Of a DNA stretch of 64,000 nt, positions 54,885-64,000 are shown in pieces. Both the position numbers and the translations under genes were made by a program. Position 1 is the stretch's first letter, and every line of letters starts with the position of its first letter. The notes beneath the pieces are model-generated. The model saw nothing but the letters and a program-made list of their open reading frames with translations. It ran no database searches and was not told the origin of the DNA. Origin of the DNA: Bacteroidetes bacterium HGW-Bacteroidetes-4 (GTDB taxonomy: Bacteria; Bacteroidota; Bacteroidia; Bacteroidales; SZUA-534); assembly GCA_002840905.1 (NCBI GenBank), contig PHDD01000001.1, positions 43,033 through 107,032 on the forward strand, in the 5' to 3' direction.

Positions 54885-57797
54885 ATGAAAATTAAATTGA
54901 GCATTAACGGAAAAATGTTGGTGTATGTATTGTTTACCACAGTACTTATTTTTGCTTTTTCGGTAGGTTATATTAGCTTAAAAACCAGAGGAATCGCTAT
55001 TGATGATGCAGAAAAACTAACTTTAAAGGTAGCCTCCGAAAACGCATTAAGAATTGAAAAAGACCTGTCGGAAAATTTACAGGTTTTGCGGGCTTTGTCG
55101 CAGGCATTTGCTGTTTACGAAGACATGGAAGAAGCCGAATGGAAAGATTTGTTCCTGAAAATGTACATGAAAGTGTTCGAAAATAATCCCGATTTTTACA
55201 AATTATGGGATAGCTGGGAGTTAAAGCATTTCGATCCAAACTGGGATAAAAACTATGGTCGTTATGCTGTAACCGTTTTTCGTCAGATGGGTGAAATTAC
55301 CTACAGCACTTCCATTCGGAGCCTTGAAGGGGACAATGCATTGTATGGTACCATAAAGCGCTTATCGTGCGATATGCTCTGGGAACCATACTGGGATGCT
55401 TTTGTGGAAGAAGCCGAAGTGAAAAAATTTATGACCAGCCTTTCATCTCCAATCTATAAAAACAATCAATTTGCTGGTATTGTAGCAGCCGATTTATTAA
55501 TGGACAAGTTTCAGAAATTAGTTGCCGATATAAAACCCTTTGAACAAACCCAGGCCATTTTAACTTCAAATAATGGTATTATCTCAGGTCACACTAATAA
55601 TGATTTAATTGGCGAAAGTGTGGCTGATATATATCCTGAATATCAGGAACAGGTTAATTTGGTAACCTTAATAAAGGAAGGAAAACAGGGAGTATTTCAA
55701 ACTGTTAATAAAGACGGGAAAAAAGAATTATTAACGATTGTTCCCATAAAAGTTGGCGAATCGCAAACCCCTTGGTCGTTAATGTTTTCGGTTCCTGTAA
55801 AGGTTATTTTAAAAGAGGCCAACCGGATGCAGTGGTTTTCGCTTTTTGTATCTTTTTTAGGTTTACTTATTCTATCAATCATTATATACTTACTATCGCG
55901 AAGTATAAGCACATCATTGCTAAAAACTACTGACATTCTGGAAAAGCTATCGGTAGGAGATATTGAAAATTTACACAATCTGGATTTAAAAACAGGCGAC
56001 GAATTGGAAATGATGGCCCGTTCAGTTAATGTGTTGAAACAAGGTTTGGAGAAAACCTCAATATTTGCAGAGAACATTGGACTGGGCAATCTGGATGCTG
56101 AATTTGAGCCCTTAAGCGAAAAAGATGTTTTGGGTAATGCCTTGTTGGAGATGCGTAAAAGCCTGAAGCATGCCGATGAAGAGGAGAAAAAACGCAAAAT
56201 TGAAGATGAAAAACAGAATTGGGCAACCCAGGGCTTAGCCAAATTTGGGGATATTCTGCGAACCAGCTCAAATAATATTGAGGAATTGGCATTCAATTTT
56301 ATGAGTAACCTGATAAACTACCTCGATGTAAACCAGGGAGCACTCTTTATTATTGACGATAACAACGAAGGAGAATTAGCGCTTGAATTGAAATCAGCTA
56401 TTGCCTACGGGCGTGATAAATACTTGCGTAAGCGCGTTAATGTTGGCGAAGAACTGGTTGGCCGTTGTGCTTTTGAAAAGAAAACCATTTATATGACAGA
56501 TATTCCTGAGGATTATATTCAGATCACTTCAGGAATGGGTACAGCCAATCCAACAGCGCTGCTGCTGGTTCCTTTAATCTTAAACGACGAGATTTTTGGC
56601 GTAATTGAATTGGCATCATTTCACGAAATTGAGAAATACCGCATTGAATTTGTTGAAAAACTGGGCGAAAGCATTGCATCGACCATAGCAACCGTTCGTG
56701 TTAACGAAAAAACCAACAAGTTGCTTGAACAATCGAAAGGACAAGCTGAAGAACTGGCCGCACAAGAAGAAGAAATGCGTCAGAACCTTGAGGAACTTCA
56801 GGCAACCCAGGAAGAAGCTGCTCGCCGCGAATACGAAACAACAGGAATAATTAATGCCGTTGGGGTGGTTGCTTTTACAGTGGAATACGATGTGGATGGC
56901 GTAATTGTGAACTGTAACAATAAATTTGCTGATATGCTGGGCTTAAGTCCGGAGCAAATTATCGGGCAAAAGCATTCACAAGGTTATGAATTCAGCGACG
57001 AAATGAAGGCATCGTACGATAAATTCTGGAGCGATTTATTAAAAGGAAAAACCATTCGACAGACCAATAAAATAAAAATGAATGGACGTGAGGCATGGAT
57101 TGATGAAACCTATACTCCCATAAAAAATCAGTCGGATGGTAAAACTTATAAAATTTTGAAAATTGGATTCGATGTAACTGAGCAAATTCAGAAAGAAAGC
57201 AAGATAAAAGATCAGGAAATAAAGATTAAGAAAGAAAGCATGCTTTTGAGCGAATACCAGGACCGGATTCAAGATTTACAAAAGCAGTTGCAGGCAGCCC
57301 AGCTAAAAGTTGAGGAGCTGGAAATGAATCGTCAAAGCAAAAAAACCGTTGAACACCAGGTTGAAGAAGTTTTGATAATTCCGGCTACTGGTGATAATCT
57401 GTTGGATTGGCTTGCTGATTTTGAACTGGGCATTCAGGAAATGGATGAGCAGCACAAGCAATTAATTGATTTGGTTAATGCCATGCATGCATCGCTTAAA
57501 CAGGGTAAAAACAAAAAAGAAGTGAAAGATAATATTCGTAGTTTTGTTGACTTTGCATCGTACCATTTTGGAAACGAAGAACAATATTTTGAGCAGTTTG
57601 GTTTTAGTGATACAAAAGATCATACCCAGGAACACAAAGCTTTTGTTAAAGAAATTCTCCAATTCCAAAGCGACTATTCAGCCAATAAAATTAAATTCCT
57701 CGACGATTTTATGCAGTTTATTAAAAAATGGCTACATAAGCATTTTAGTGTTAGCGATAAAAAATATGCAGCGTTATTTAAGCAAAACGGTTTATAA
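54885..57797 (+). CDS. Membrane sensor: Cache-HAMP-GAF-PAS-hemerythrin, no catalytic output domain
   Basis: Two TMs around a Cache-like domain, GAF (GEELVGRC..GVIELAS), PAS/PAC, hemerythrin H/HxxxE/HxxxH/HxxxxD. Confidence 0.8.
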   Translation: MKIKLSINGKMLVYVLFTTVLIFAFSVGYISLKTRGIAIDDAEKLTLKVASENALRIEKDLSENLQVLRALSQAFAVYEDMEEAEWKDLFLKMYMKVFENNPDFYKLWDSWELKHFDPNWDKNYGRYAVTVFRQMGEITYSTSIRSLEGDNALYGTIKRLSCDMLWEPYWDAFVEEAEVKKFMTSLSSPIYKNNQFAGIVAADLLMDKFQKLVADIKPFEQTQAILTSNNGIISGHTNNDLIGESVADIYPEYQEQVNLVTLIKEGKQGVFQTVNKDGKKELLTIVPIKVGESQTPWSLMFSVPVKVILKEANRMQWFSLFVSFLGLLILSIIIYLLSRSISTSLLKTTDILEKLSVGDIENLHNLDLKTGDELEMMARSVNVLKQGLEKTSIFAENIGLGNLDAEFEPLSEKDVLGNALLEMRKSLKHADEEEKKRKIEDEKQNWATQGLAKFGDILRTSSNNIEELAFNFMSNLINYLDVNQGALFIIDDNNEGELALELKSAIAYGRDKYLRKRVNVGEELVGRCAFEKKTIYMTDIPEDYIQITSGMGTANPTALLLVPLILNDEIFGVIELASFHEIEKYRIEFVEKLGESIASTIATVRVNEKTNKLLEQSKGQAEELAAQEEEMRQNLEELQATQEEAARREYETTGIINAVGVVAFTVEYDVDGVIVNCNNKFADMLGLSPEQIIGQKHSQGYEFSDEMKASYDKFWSDLLKGKTIRQTNKIKMNGREAWIDETYTPIKNQSDGKTYKILKIGFDVTEQIQKESKIKDQEIKIKKESMLLSEYQDRIQDLQKQLQAAQLKVEELEMNRQSKKTVEHQVEEVLIIPATGDNLLDWLADFELGIQEMDEQHKQLIDLVNAMHASLKQGKNKKEVKDNIRSFVDFASYHFGNEEQYFEQFGFSDTKDHTQEHKAFVKEILQFQSDYSANKIKFLDDFMQFIKKWLHKHFSVSDKKYAALFKQNGL

Positions 57798-57814
57798 AAA
57801 TGGTAAAAATAAAT

Positions 57815-57850
57815 AAAAAAAAAGCGGCCACTTTTGAGCCGCTTTTTTTT
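57815..57850. terminator. Bidirectional terminator
   Basis: A9-GCGGC...GCCGC-T8. Confidence 0.85.
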
Positions 57851-58961
57851 ATGGTCGATAATAATCAATGTACAAACTTACCGTATCGCTTATTGGTGTT
57901 CCCTTATTTACCGCATTTAACCATTTGGGGCCTGAAGTAATCAGGGTGTCCAATTCGGAGCATGAAACATTAGCAAATTCCATTGGACAAATTACTTCTT
58001 TTATCGTTCCGTATTCGTCAACAATCAGGGTTAGAAAAATGAAAAACTTGCTGCTGTTTTTTGCATCAAAGGCTTCTTCCAGATACTTTTCCCAGGCTTC
58101 AGTTCCGTCTGCAGGTTTTGCATTGGTAAGGTAAGTATTTTTGTAGGTTAACTTTGTAATTATTTTTTTGGTGCGTTGGCTTCCTATGCCTCTAATTACT
58201 ATTTTTTTGTTTTCTGGTGCCTGGGCTGGCATTATTGAATTACTGGTTTCAGAAGCAGTGGATCTTTGGGGTGCCTGTTCCAGAGCAAGAACTTCAGCCG
58301 ATGGTACAACACCTGCATCTGTTTCGGCTAAAATGGGCGATTCCGAGTTTTTATCCATGATTTTTTCGGTTATAGTACCCGCAATTGTAAGGTTTTGTTC
58401 TTCGGCAACATCCAACTCTGTTTCATCATCTAATACAATCAGTGTTTCAACAGTTTCTTGTTTTATGGGTTTGGGAGATGCTTTTTTACTGACTACCTGT
58501 ATATTTTCTTTTGGTTTGTCTTTGGCGCTTATTAGCTCTTTTTCCTCAGCTTTGGGTTCCGCGCTTTCAAATGGTTTTAACGGTTCGTTTAGGGTGGTTT
58601 TATCTTTTGAAAGCATTTCGTTTTCCCGGGTTTGAAAAGCCAATTCCTTTTTATTAAGGTCCTTGTTTATCAGGTACCAGGTAAGAGAACCCAGCACAAG
58701 GAATAAAGCTATGCTGGCTGCAATACGGATAAATGGAACCAATGTCCGGATTTTGTCTTTTTCTTTGCGGAGTTTCGATTGGAGAAGGGCAACATCGTTT
58801 TCCAATTCCTCAGGTGTAAGTTGTGAAAAACCATCCAGCGCTTCCTGCAGAAAGGGATCGCGGTTTGCCTCCAGCTCAATATCGTGTCGCTGCTTAGCTG
58901 AAAGTTTATCTTTCAAATAAGCAAGCAATACATTGAATCGGTTATTAAAATCAGGATTCAT
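57849..58961 (-). CDS. Membrane anti-sigma-like protein with TonB-C-like C-terminus
   Basis: RHDIELEANRDPFLQEALDG, one TM, low-complexity linker; follows the ECF sigma. Confidence 0.65.
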   Translation of the reverse strand: MNPDFNNRFNVLLAYLKDKLSAKQRHDIELEANRDPFLQEALDGFSQLTPEELENDVALLQSKLRKEKDKIRTLVPFIRIAASIALFLVLGSLTWYLINKDLNKKELAFQTRENEMLSKDKTTLNEPLKPFESAEPKAEEKELISAKDKPKENIQVVSKKASPKPIKQETVETLIVLDDETELDVAEEQNLTIAGTITEKIMDKNSESPILAETDAGVVPSAEVLALEQAPQRSTASETSNSIMPAQAPENKKIVIRGIGSQRTKKIITKLTYKNTYLTNAKPADGTEAWEKYLEEAFDAKNSSKFFIFLTLIVDEYGTIKEVICPMEFANVSCSELDTLITSGPKWLNAVNKGTPISDTVSLYIDYYRP

Positions 58962-59514
58962 TTTTTTCCTCCATGCAAAGTTTTAAATTTCTTTTTCCAT
59001 TCTGAATATCACTTTTCACTTTTTTTTCATCCACTTTTAGTTTATCAGCAATTTCCTTATAACACATTTTACCGAAGTAGAAATTCTCGATAGCCTGTCG
59101 CTGTTGCTCTTTCAGCTTTTCGATGCAGTCTTTAAGCTGATCATCCAAATCGGGTTTTTCCATCTCGTCTAAAGGATGCACAAACGATTCGGGTTCCATA
59201 AATTCGAGGGCCATATTTTTAAATGCTTTATTGTTGTTTCCTTCTTTCCGCAAATACATCAGGCAATAGTTTTTTGTAACTACAAAAAGCCAGGTTTTAA
59301 AGTTAAAGGGTGTATCGTGTTTAAGCAACTCCACGGTAAGTTTTTCGAACAGGTCCATTACTGCATCCTGCGCAAGCTCCCTGTTTTTAAGGTATTTCAG
59401 GCAAACTCCATAAACAAGAGGCATGTAAGGGGCGTAAAGTGTTCCTACAAAAGCCGGGTCTTGTGATTTTTTATACTTTTTAATCAGTTCACTATCGGAG
59501 GCGCTTTTCGACAT
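58951..59514 (-). CDS. ECF sigma-70 factor
   Basis: LAQDAVMDLF, FKTWLFVVTKN, YKEIAD..VKSDIQNGKRNLK. Confidence 0.92.
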   Translation of the reverse strand: MSKSASDSELIKKYKKSQDPAFVGTLYAPYMPLVYGVCLKYLKNRELAQDAVMDLFEKLTVELLKHDTPFNFKTWLFVVTKNYCLMYLRKEGNNNKAFKNMALEFMEPESFVHPLDEMEKPDLDDQLKDCIEKLKEQQRQAIENFYFGKMCYKEIADKLKVDEKKVKSDIQNGKRNLKLCMEEKNES

Positions 59515-59658
59515 TAAAAATTACTTTTTTAAGAATCAGTATTTCAGTTAGATAAAAAATATAATGAAATAATTTAACTTTTTATTGTGGAAAACAAGGC
59601 AAGCCTGCATGCTATTACCAAACGAAGAAACAAAATATTCATTTAAAATTTAGATGCC

Positions 59659-61533
59659 ATGAGAACAAAAGTTTTAATTATTGCAGTTACCCTGTTTGGT
59701 TTTATTGTAAGTTCCCTGCAAGCCCAGCAAATAAAGGGTAAAGTTACTGATACGGCTAACCTGCCACTAAGTGGCGTTTTGGTAATGCTTAAAGGAACGC
59801 AAACAAGTACCCATACCAATGCGCTTGGTGATTATCAGATTACTATCGATCCAGCACATCAGATTCTGGTGTTTAATCACAAAAAATTTGCGGCTAAAGA
59901 AGTTTCAGTTCAGGGGCGTACTATTGTTAATGTAACCCTTCACCCGCTTAAGAATGAAGAAAAGAAACTGACTATTGTTGAAGATGAAGTGATTATGGAA
60001 ATGGACATGGAGCAATCCAGGCCGGTACAAAAGCAAATTATGATTCGTGGAGTATCAACAATTCAAACCAATCAGCCTCCCATGCCGAATCTTTATAGGT
60101 ATCCTGAGCACAATACCGAAGGTTACAGCACCATTCACGAAAATGGATTTAAGGATGTAAGCCTAAATCCACTTTCCACCTTTTCCATCGATGTAGATGC
60201 TGCCTCGTATAGCAATGTTCGGCGATTTATAAGCATTGGATCCTTACCACCGAAAGATGCGGTTCGAATTGAAGAAATGATTAATTATTTTTCTTACAAT
60301 TATCCGCAGCCTATAGATGATAAACCGTTTAGCATCAATACCGAACTGTCTGTTTGTCCATGGAATGCTGATAATTATTTATTGCATGTAGGTTTACAAG
60401 GAAAAAAGATGGATGTAGAAAATCTGCCGGCTTCAAATCTGGTTTTTTTAATTGATGTTTCCGGTTCAATGAATTCATACAATAAATTACCCTTGTTAAA
60501 AGCATCGTTCGCATTGCTATTGGAGCAGTTGCGACCAAACGACCGCGTAGCTATAGTGGTTTATGCCGGCAGTTCTGGTTTGGTGCTTCCGTCAACTCCG
60601 GGTTCTGAAAAACAGAAAATAATGGACGCCTTAAATAATTTGCAAGCCGGAGGTTCTACCGCAGGTGGTGCCGGATTAAAACTGGCTTACAAAACAGCCG
60701 AAGAAAACTTTTTGGAAAACGGTAATAACCGGATTATTTTGGCAACCGATGGCGATTTTAATGTGGGCGCAAGCAGTAATGCCGAAATGGAACGCCTTAT
60801 TGAATATGAACGGGAAAAAGGCATAAGTATCTCCGTATTAGGTTTTGGTATGGGTAATTACAAAGACGATAAAATGAAAATTATTGCTGATAAAGGCAAC
60901 GGAAATTACGCATACATCGATAATTTGCAGGAGGCTAAAAAAGTGCTGGTAAATGAGTTTGGCGGAACCCTTTTCACCATTGCCAAAGATGTTAAGTTTC
61001 AATTGGAATTTAATCCGGCAACGGTAGTTAAATATCGTTTAATTGGTTACGAAAATCGATTGCTGAACGAGGAAGATTTTAAGGACGATAAAAAAGATGC
61101 CGGCGAAATGGGAGCGGGACATACGGTTACTGCTTTATATGAAATTGTACCGGTAAACAAACACAAATCCAATTTACCACTTAAGTATCAAAAGCGATTA
61201 TTGTCGGACGAAGCACTCGGGAGCAACGATTTAATTACCTTAAAGTTGCGGTACAAAGATCCCGATGGATACCAAAGTAAGTTAGTAGAACAGGTGGTTA
61301 AAAACACGCCGCTTGATGCCAGCAAAACATCCGATAATTTTAGGTTTTCGGCAGCTGTAGCTGAGTTTGGAATGCTGTTGCGCGATTCAGAATTTATAGG
61401 AACAGCAAGTTTTGAATCAGCCGTAATATTGGCCTTAAGTTCAAAAGGAAAGGATGAAGAGGGTTACCGGGGCGAAATGATTCGTTTGCTGAAAAGTGCT
61501 GAATTATTAAAAAGTTCTTCGGCTCAAAAATAA
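59659..61533 (+). CDS. VWA-domain protein (YfbK-like) with N-terminal CarboxypepD_reg-like domain
   Basis: PLSTFSIDVDAASY, MIDAS DVSGS, ATDGDFNVG, IGYENRLL. Confidence 0.9.
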   Translation: MRTKVLIIAVTLFGFIVSSLQAQQIKGKVTDTANLPLSGVLVMLKGTQTSTHTNALGDYQITIDPAHQILVFNHKKFAAKEVSVQGRTIVNVTLHPLKNEEKKLTIVEDEVIMEMDMEQSRPVQKQIMIRGVSTIQTNQPPMPNLYRYPEHNTEGYSTIHENGFKDVSLNPLSTFSIDVDAASYSNVRRFISIGSLPPKDAVRIEEMINYFSYNYPQPIDDKPFSINTELSVCPWNADNYLLHVGLQGKKMDVENLPASNLVFLIDVSGSMNSYNKLPLLKASFALLLEQLRPNDRVAIVVYAGSSGLVLPSTPGSEKQKIMDALNNLQAGGSTAGGAGLKLAYKTAEENFLENGNNRIILATDGDFNVGASSNAEMERLIEYEREKGISISVLGFGMGNYKDDKMKIIADKGNGNYAYIDNLQEAKKVLVNEFGGTLFTIAKDVKFQLEFNPATVVKYRLIGYENRLLNEEDFKDDKKDAGEMGAGHTVTALYEIVPVNKHKSNLPLKYQKRLLSDEALGSNDLITLKLRYKDPDGYQSKLVEQVVKNTPLDASKTSDNFRFSAAVAEFGMLLRDSEFIGTASFESAVILALSSKGKDEEGYRGEMIRLLKSAELLKSSSAQK

Positions 61534-61560
61534 GTTCATTATTAATTGTTTAAACTATAG

Positions 61561-61596
61561 AAAGCCTTCGGATTCAAAACCGGAGGCTATTTTTTT
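61561..61596 (+). terminator. Intrinsic terminator
   Basis: AGCCTTCGG...CCGGAGGCT-ATTTTTTT. Confidence 0.7.
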
Positions 61597-61664
61597 GATT
61601 TCTCAGTTTTTTTTGAATTCCAGCAATTAGAGGTAATCCTCTTCAAAATTTATATCTTTAAGCC

Positions 61665-62372
61665 ATGAATAAAAAATGGCTATACCGTGTTTTATTTTTT
61701 CTGACTATGGTCTCGTGTCAAAAACCAGCCATTGAGCAGCCTGAATCGTCTATAAACTATAACTACTTTCCATTAAAACCGGGATTGTGGAAGATTTATG
61801 AGGTGAATGCCATTTATATTGATGCTCCATCAGCAGTTTTTGATACACTTCATTATTTTGTTAAAGAATTACAAAGCTATTGGTTCTTAAATGCCAGTAA
61901 TGACAGCATGATTCGCCTGGAGCGGTTTTATACCGAGAATCTGGCAAACTCGTGGGAACCAAATTCTGTATGGCAGTTGGGTATATGGGATAAACAAGCT
62001 ATACAGATTGAAGACAATATAACCTACGTTAAAATTAAATTTCCTGCTTTAGTCGGAACGTCTTGGAATGGCGATGCTTATAACCGTATCGACACCCTGA
62101 ATAAATTTAATTATCAGATTACTGCGGTCGATGCAACCTATAATTTGGAAAGCTTCAGTTTTGATTCAGCCTTGACTGTATTACAGAAACAACAACAGTC
62201 GTTAATTGACAAGATTGATTTTGAAGAGATTTTTGTTAAAAATCTGGGTTTGGTTTATAAAAAACAAATCGATATTTATTCAACCGAGGTTGATCCGGCT
62301 ATTCCTATCGAAAACAGAGTTACCAGTGGATTGATTTATTATCAGAAATTAATTGATTATGGCATTGAATAA
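61665..62372 (+). CDS. Hypothetical lipoprotein
   Basis: Lipobox MVSC, YFPLKPGLWKIY. Confidence 0.75.
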   Translation: MNKKWLYRVLFFLTMVSCQKPAIEQPESSINYNYFPLKPGLWKIYEVNAIYIDAPSAVFDTLHYFVKELQSYWFLNASNDSMIRLERFYTENLANSWEPNSVWQLGIWDKQAIQIEDNITYVKIKFPALVGTSWNGDAYNRIDTLNKFNYQITAVDATYNLESFSFDSALTVLQKQQQSLIDKIDFEEIFVKNLGLVYKKQIDIYSTEVDPAIPIENRVTSGLIYYQKLIDYGIE

Positions 62373-64000
62373 GTGGTTATTGGTACTTGTTTTTTCAGTT
62401 TTGTTAAATTCGTTAATGGCTCAGCAAGAGAATTATGGTTTTTTGGTTGAGTTTACCGACAAAAACCAATCGGCTTATTCAACGGATCATCCCGAAGTCT
62501 TTTTATCAGAACGGGCTTTGCAACGTCGGGCAAAAAGCAATATTGAAATAACAGAGGTCGATTTACCTGTGAGTCAATATTATGTTGATAGTTTACTTAG
62601 CTTAAATGCCCGTTTGCATAATGTGTCAAAATGGTTAAATTCAGCAGTTTACCTAACCAATAATCCTGATTTTAGAATAGAAGCTTTTCGAAGCAGTTTT
62701 GTAAAGAATGTCACCCTGATTTACGAAGGGAATAGTAAAAAATCACTAACATCAGCGAATAAATTCGGACATATTGTTGAAGACGAACCTGCTGATTTTT
62801 GGGGATCTGCTTTTCATCAACTCGACCGATGCAGGGTTACTTTTTTGCATCAAAAAGGATTTAAAGGTCAGGGAATTCAGGTTGCCGTGCTCGATGGTGG
62901 TTTTTACAATGTAAATACCATTTCAGGTTTCGATAGTTTGATGCTGAATCAGCAAATTTTGGGAACTTACGATTTTGTTAACAAAAATCAACAGGTATAT
63001 GATGATCATGAGCATGGTATGATGGTGCTTTCGGTTATGGCCGGGAATATTCCGAACCAGTATTTGGGTTCGGGACCAAAAGCTTCATTTTGGCTTTTGC
63101 GAACCGAAAATGTTTTCAGTGAATTTCCCCTTGAAGAAGAAAACTGGATTGCCGCTGCTGAGTATGCCGATAGTGCAGGTTGCGACATTATTACCGCGTC
63201 GCTCGGCTACAGTGAGTTCGACAATCCGGAAATGAATCATACCATTAGCCAATTGGATGGTTATACCATACGCGTTTCACGGGCAGCCGATTTGGCTTTT
63301 GAACGCGGTATGCTGGTAATCAATAGTGCAGGAAACTCTGGAAATGAACCCTGGTACTACATTACAGCTCCTTCCGACGGTAAAAATGTGATTTGCGTGG
63401 GAGCTATCGATGCTATGGATAATCTGGCTTCCTTTAGCAGTCGCGGACCATCGGCCGATGGGCGGGTAAAACCCGATGTGGTGGCTCAGGGGGTAAAAAC
63501 AAGTTTATTCAATAAATTCGGTAATATTTCCGAAGCAAATGGAACCTCATTTTCATGCCCATTGATTACCGGAATGGCAGCCAGTTTATGGTCGGCTTTC
63601 CCCAATAAAACCAATCGCGATGTTTATGATGCCATTCAATATAGCAGCAGTAATTATTTTACACCCAATGAGGGCTATGGATACGGAATTCCTGATTTTG
63701 AAAAAGCTTATTATCGGTTGCTGCAAAATACGGTTTCTGATGTTGGTAGTGAAATGCTGATAAGTTTTCCCAATCCATTCAAAAATGAGTTTCATGTAAA
63801 TGTTCAAAACATTGGGAATACTGATATTGTTGTTGAACTTTATGCTTTTACCGGTGCAAAAGTATACAGTGAAATATTTACTTTACCAGGCAGTAATTTT
63901 CACCGGATTCAGATTAACCAAATTGCCCGGTTAACCCGGGGAGTTTATTTTTTAAACGTGCTGAATGGTGCCAGCAGACAAACCAAAACCCTAGTGAAGT
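62359..64000 (+). CDS. S8 subtilisin-like peptidase with T9SS C-terminal sorting domain (runs off window; not in ORF track)
   Basis: ATG 62359; VAVLDGGF, HGMMVLS, NGTSFSCP, FPNPF...GVYFL. Confidence 0.9.
   Translation, partial: MALNKWLLVLVFSVLLNSLMAQQENYGFLVEFTDKNQSAYSTDHPEVFLSERALQRRAKSNIEITEVDLPVSQYYVDSLLSLNARLHNVSKWLNSAVYLTNNPDFRIEAFRSSFVKNVTLIYEGNSKKSLTSANKFGHIVEDEPADFWGSAFHQLDRCRVTFLHQKGFKGQGIQVAVLDGGFYNVNTISGFDSLMLNQQILGTYDFVNKNQQVYDDHEHGMMVLSVMAGNIPNQYLGSGPKASFWLLRTENVFSEFPLEEENWIAAAEYADSAGCDIITASLGYSEFDNPEMNHTISQLDGYTIRVSRAADLAFERGMLVINSAGNSGNEPWYYITAPSDGKNVICVGAIDAMDNLASFSSRGPSADGRVKPDVVAQGVKTSLFNKFGNISEANGTSFSCPLITGMAASLWSAFPNKTNRDVYDAIQYSSSNYFTPNEGYGYGIPDFEKAYYRLLQNTVSDVGSEMLISFPNPFKNEFHVNVQNIGNTDIVVELYAFTGAKVYSEIFTLPGSNFHRIQINQIARLTRGVYFLNVLNGASRQTKTLVK

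Noticed and set aside
55697-56296. Long antisense ORFs (e.g. 199 aa here, 166 aa at 48865, 155 aa at 58168, 154 aa at 13166)
   Set aside because: Antisense shadows of well-supported genes, Ser/Phe-rich and without motifs.

Overview
Bacteroidota (Bacteroidales-like) chromosome segment in three parts. (1) Positions 1-~36950 are the right part of an apparently intact siphovirus-like temperate prophage, mostly on the - strand. It covers tail start/neck, capsid, a MuF-metallopeptidase fusion, portal, terminase, replication, methylation, SNF2 and RecT modules, a cro/cI-like switch, a + strand accessory block, a tyrosine integrase, and an att copy of the 3' half of tRNA-Pro(GGG). (2) ~36960-39990 is tRNA-island debris: two pseudogenes, a YdeI/OmpD gene, a 15-unit alternating 21-bp array and REP-like hairpins. 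(3) ~40000-64000 is host backbone: DUF4268, PfkB, an orphan siaBC pair, an ABCG-like operon, DPP-IV, MATE, M23, clpB, a Cache-GAF-PAS-hemerythrin sensor, ECF sigma/anti-sigma/VWA, and an S8 protease with T9SS tail. The strongest novelty candidates are a phage-encoded 105-nt tRNA-like RNA with intact acceptor, D and T arms but no canonical anticodon arm; a DUF5678-like + retropepsin/SEC-C pair beside the integrase; a terminator-gated MuF-HExxH protein facing a convergent three-gene cassette; and the siaBC/ABCG module. All product calls come from motif recognition by eye; no searches were run.
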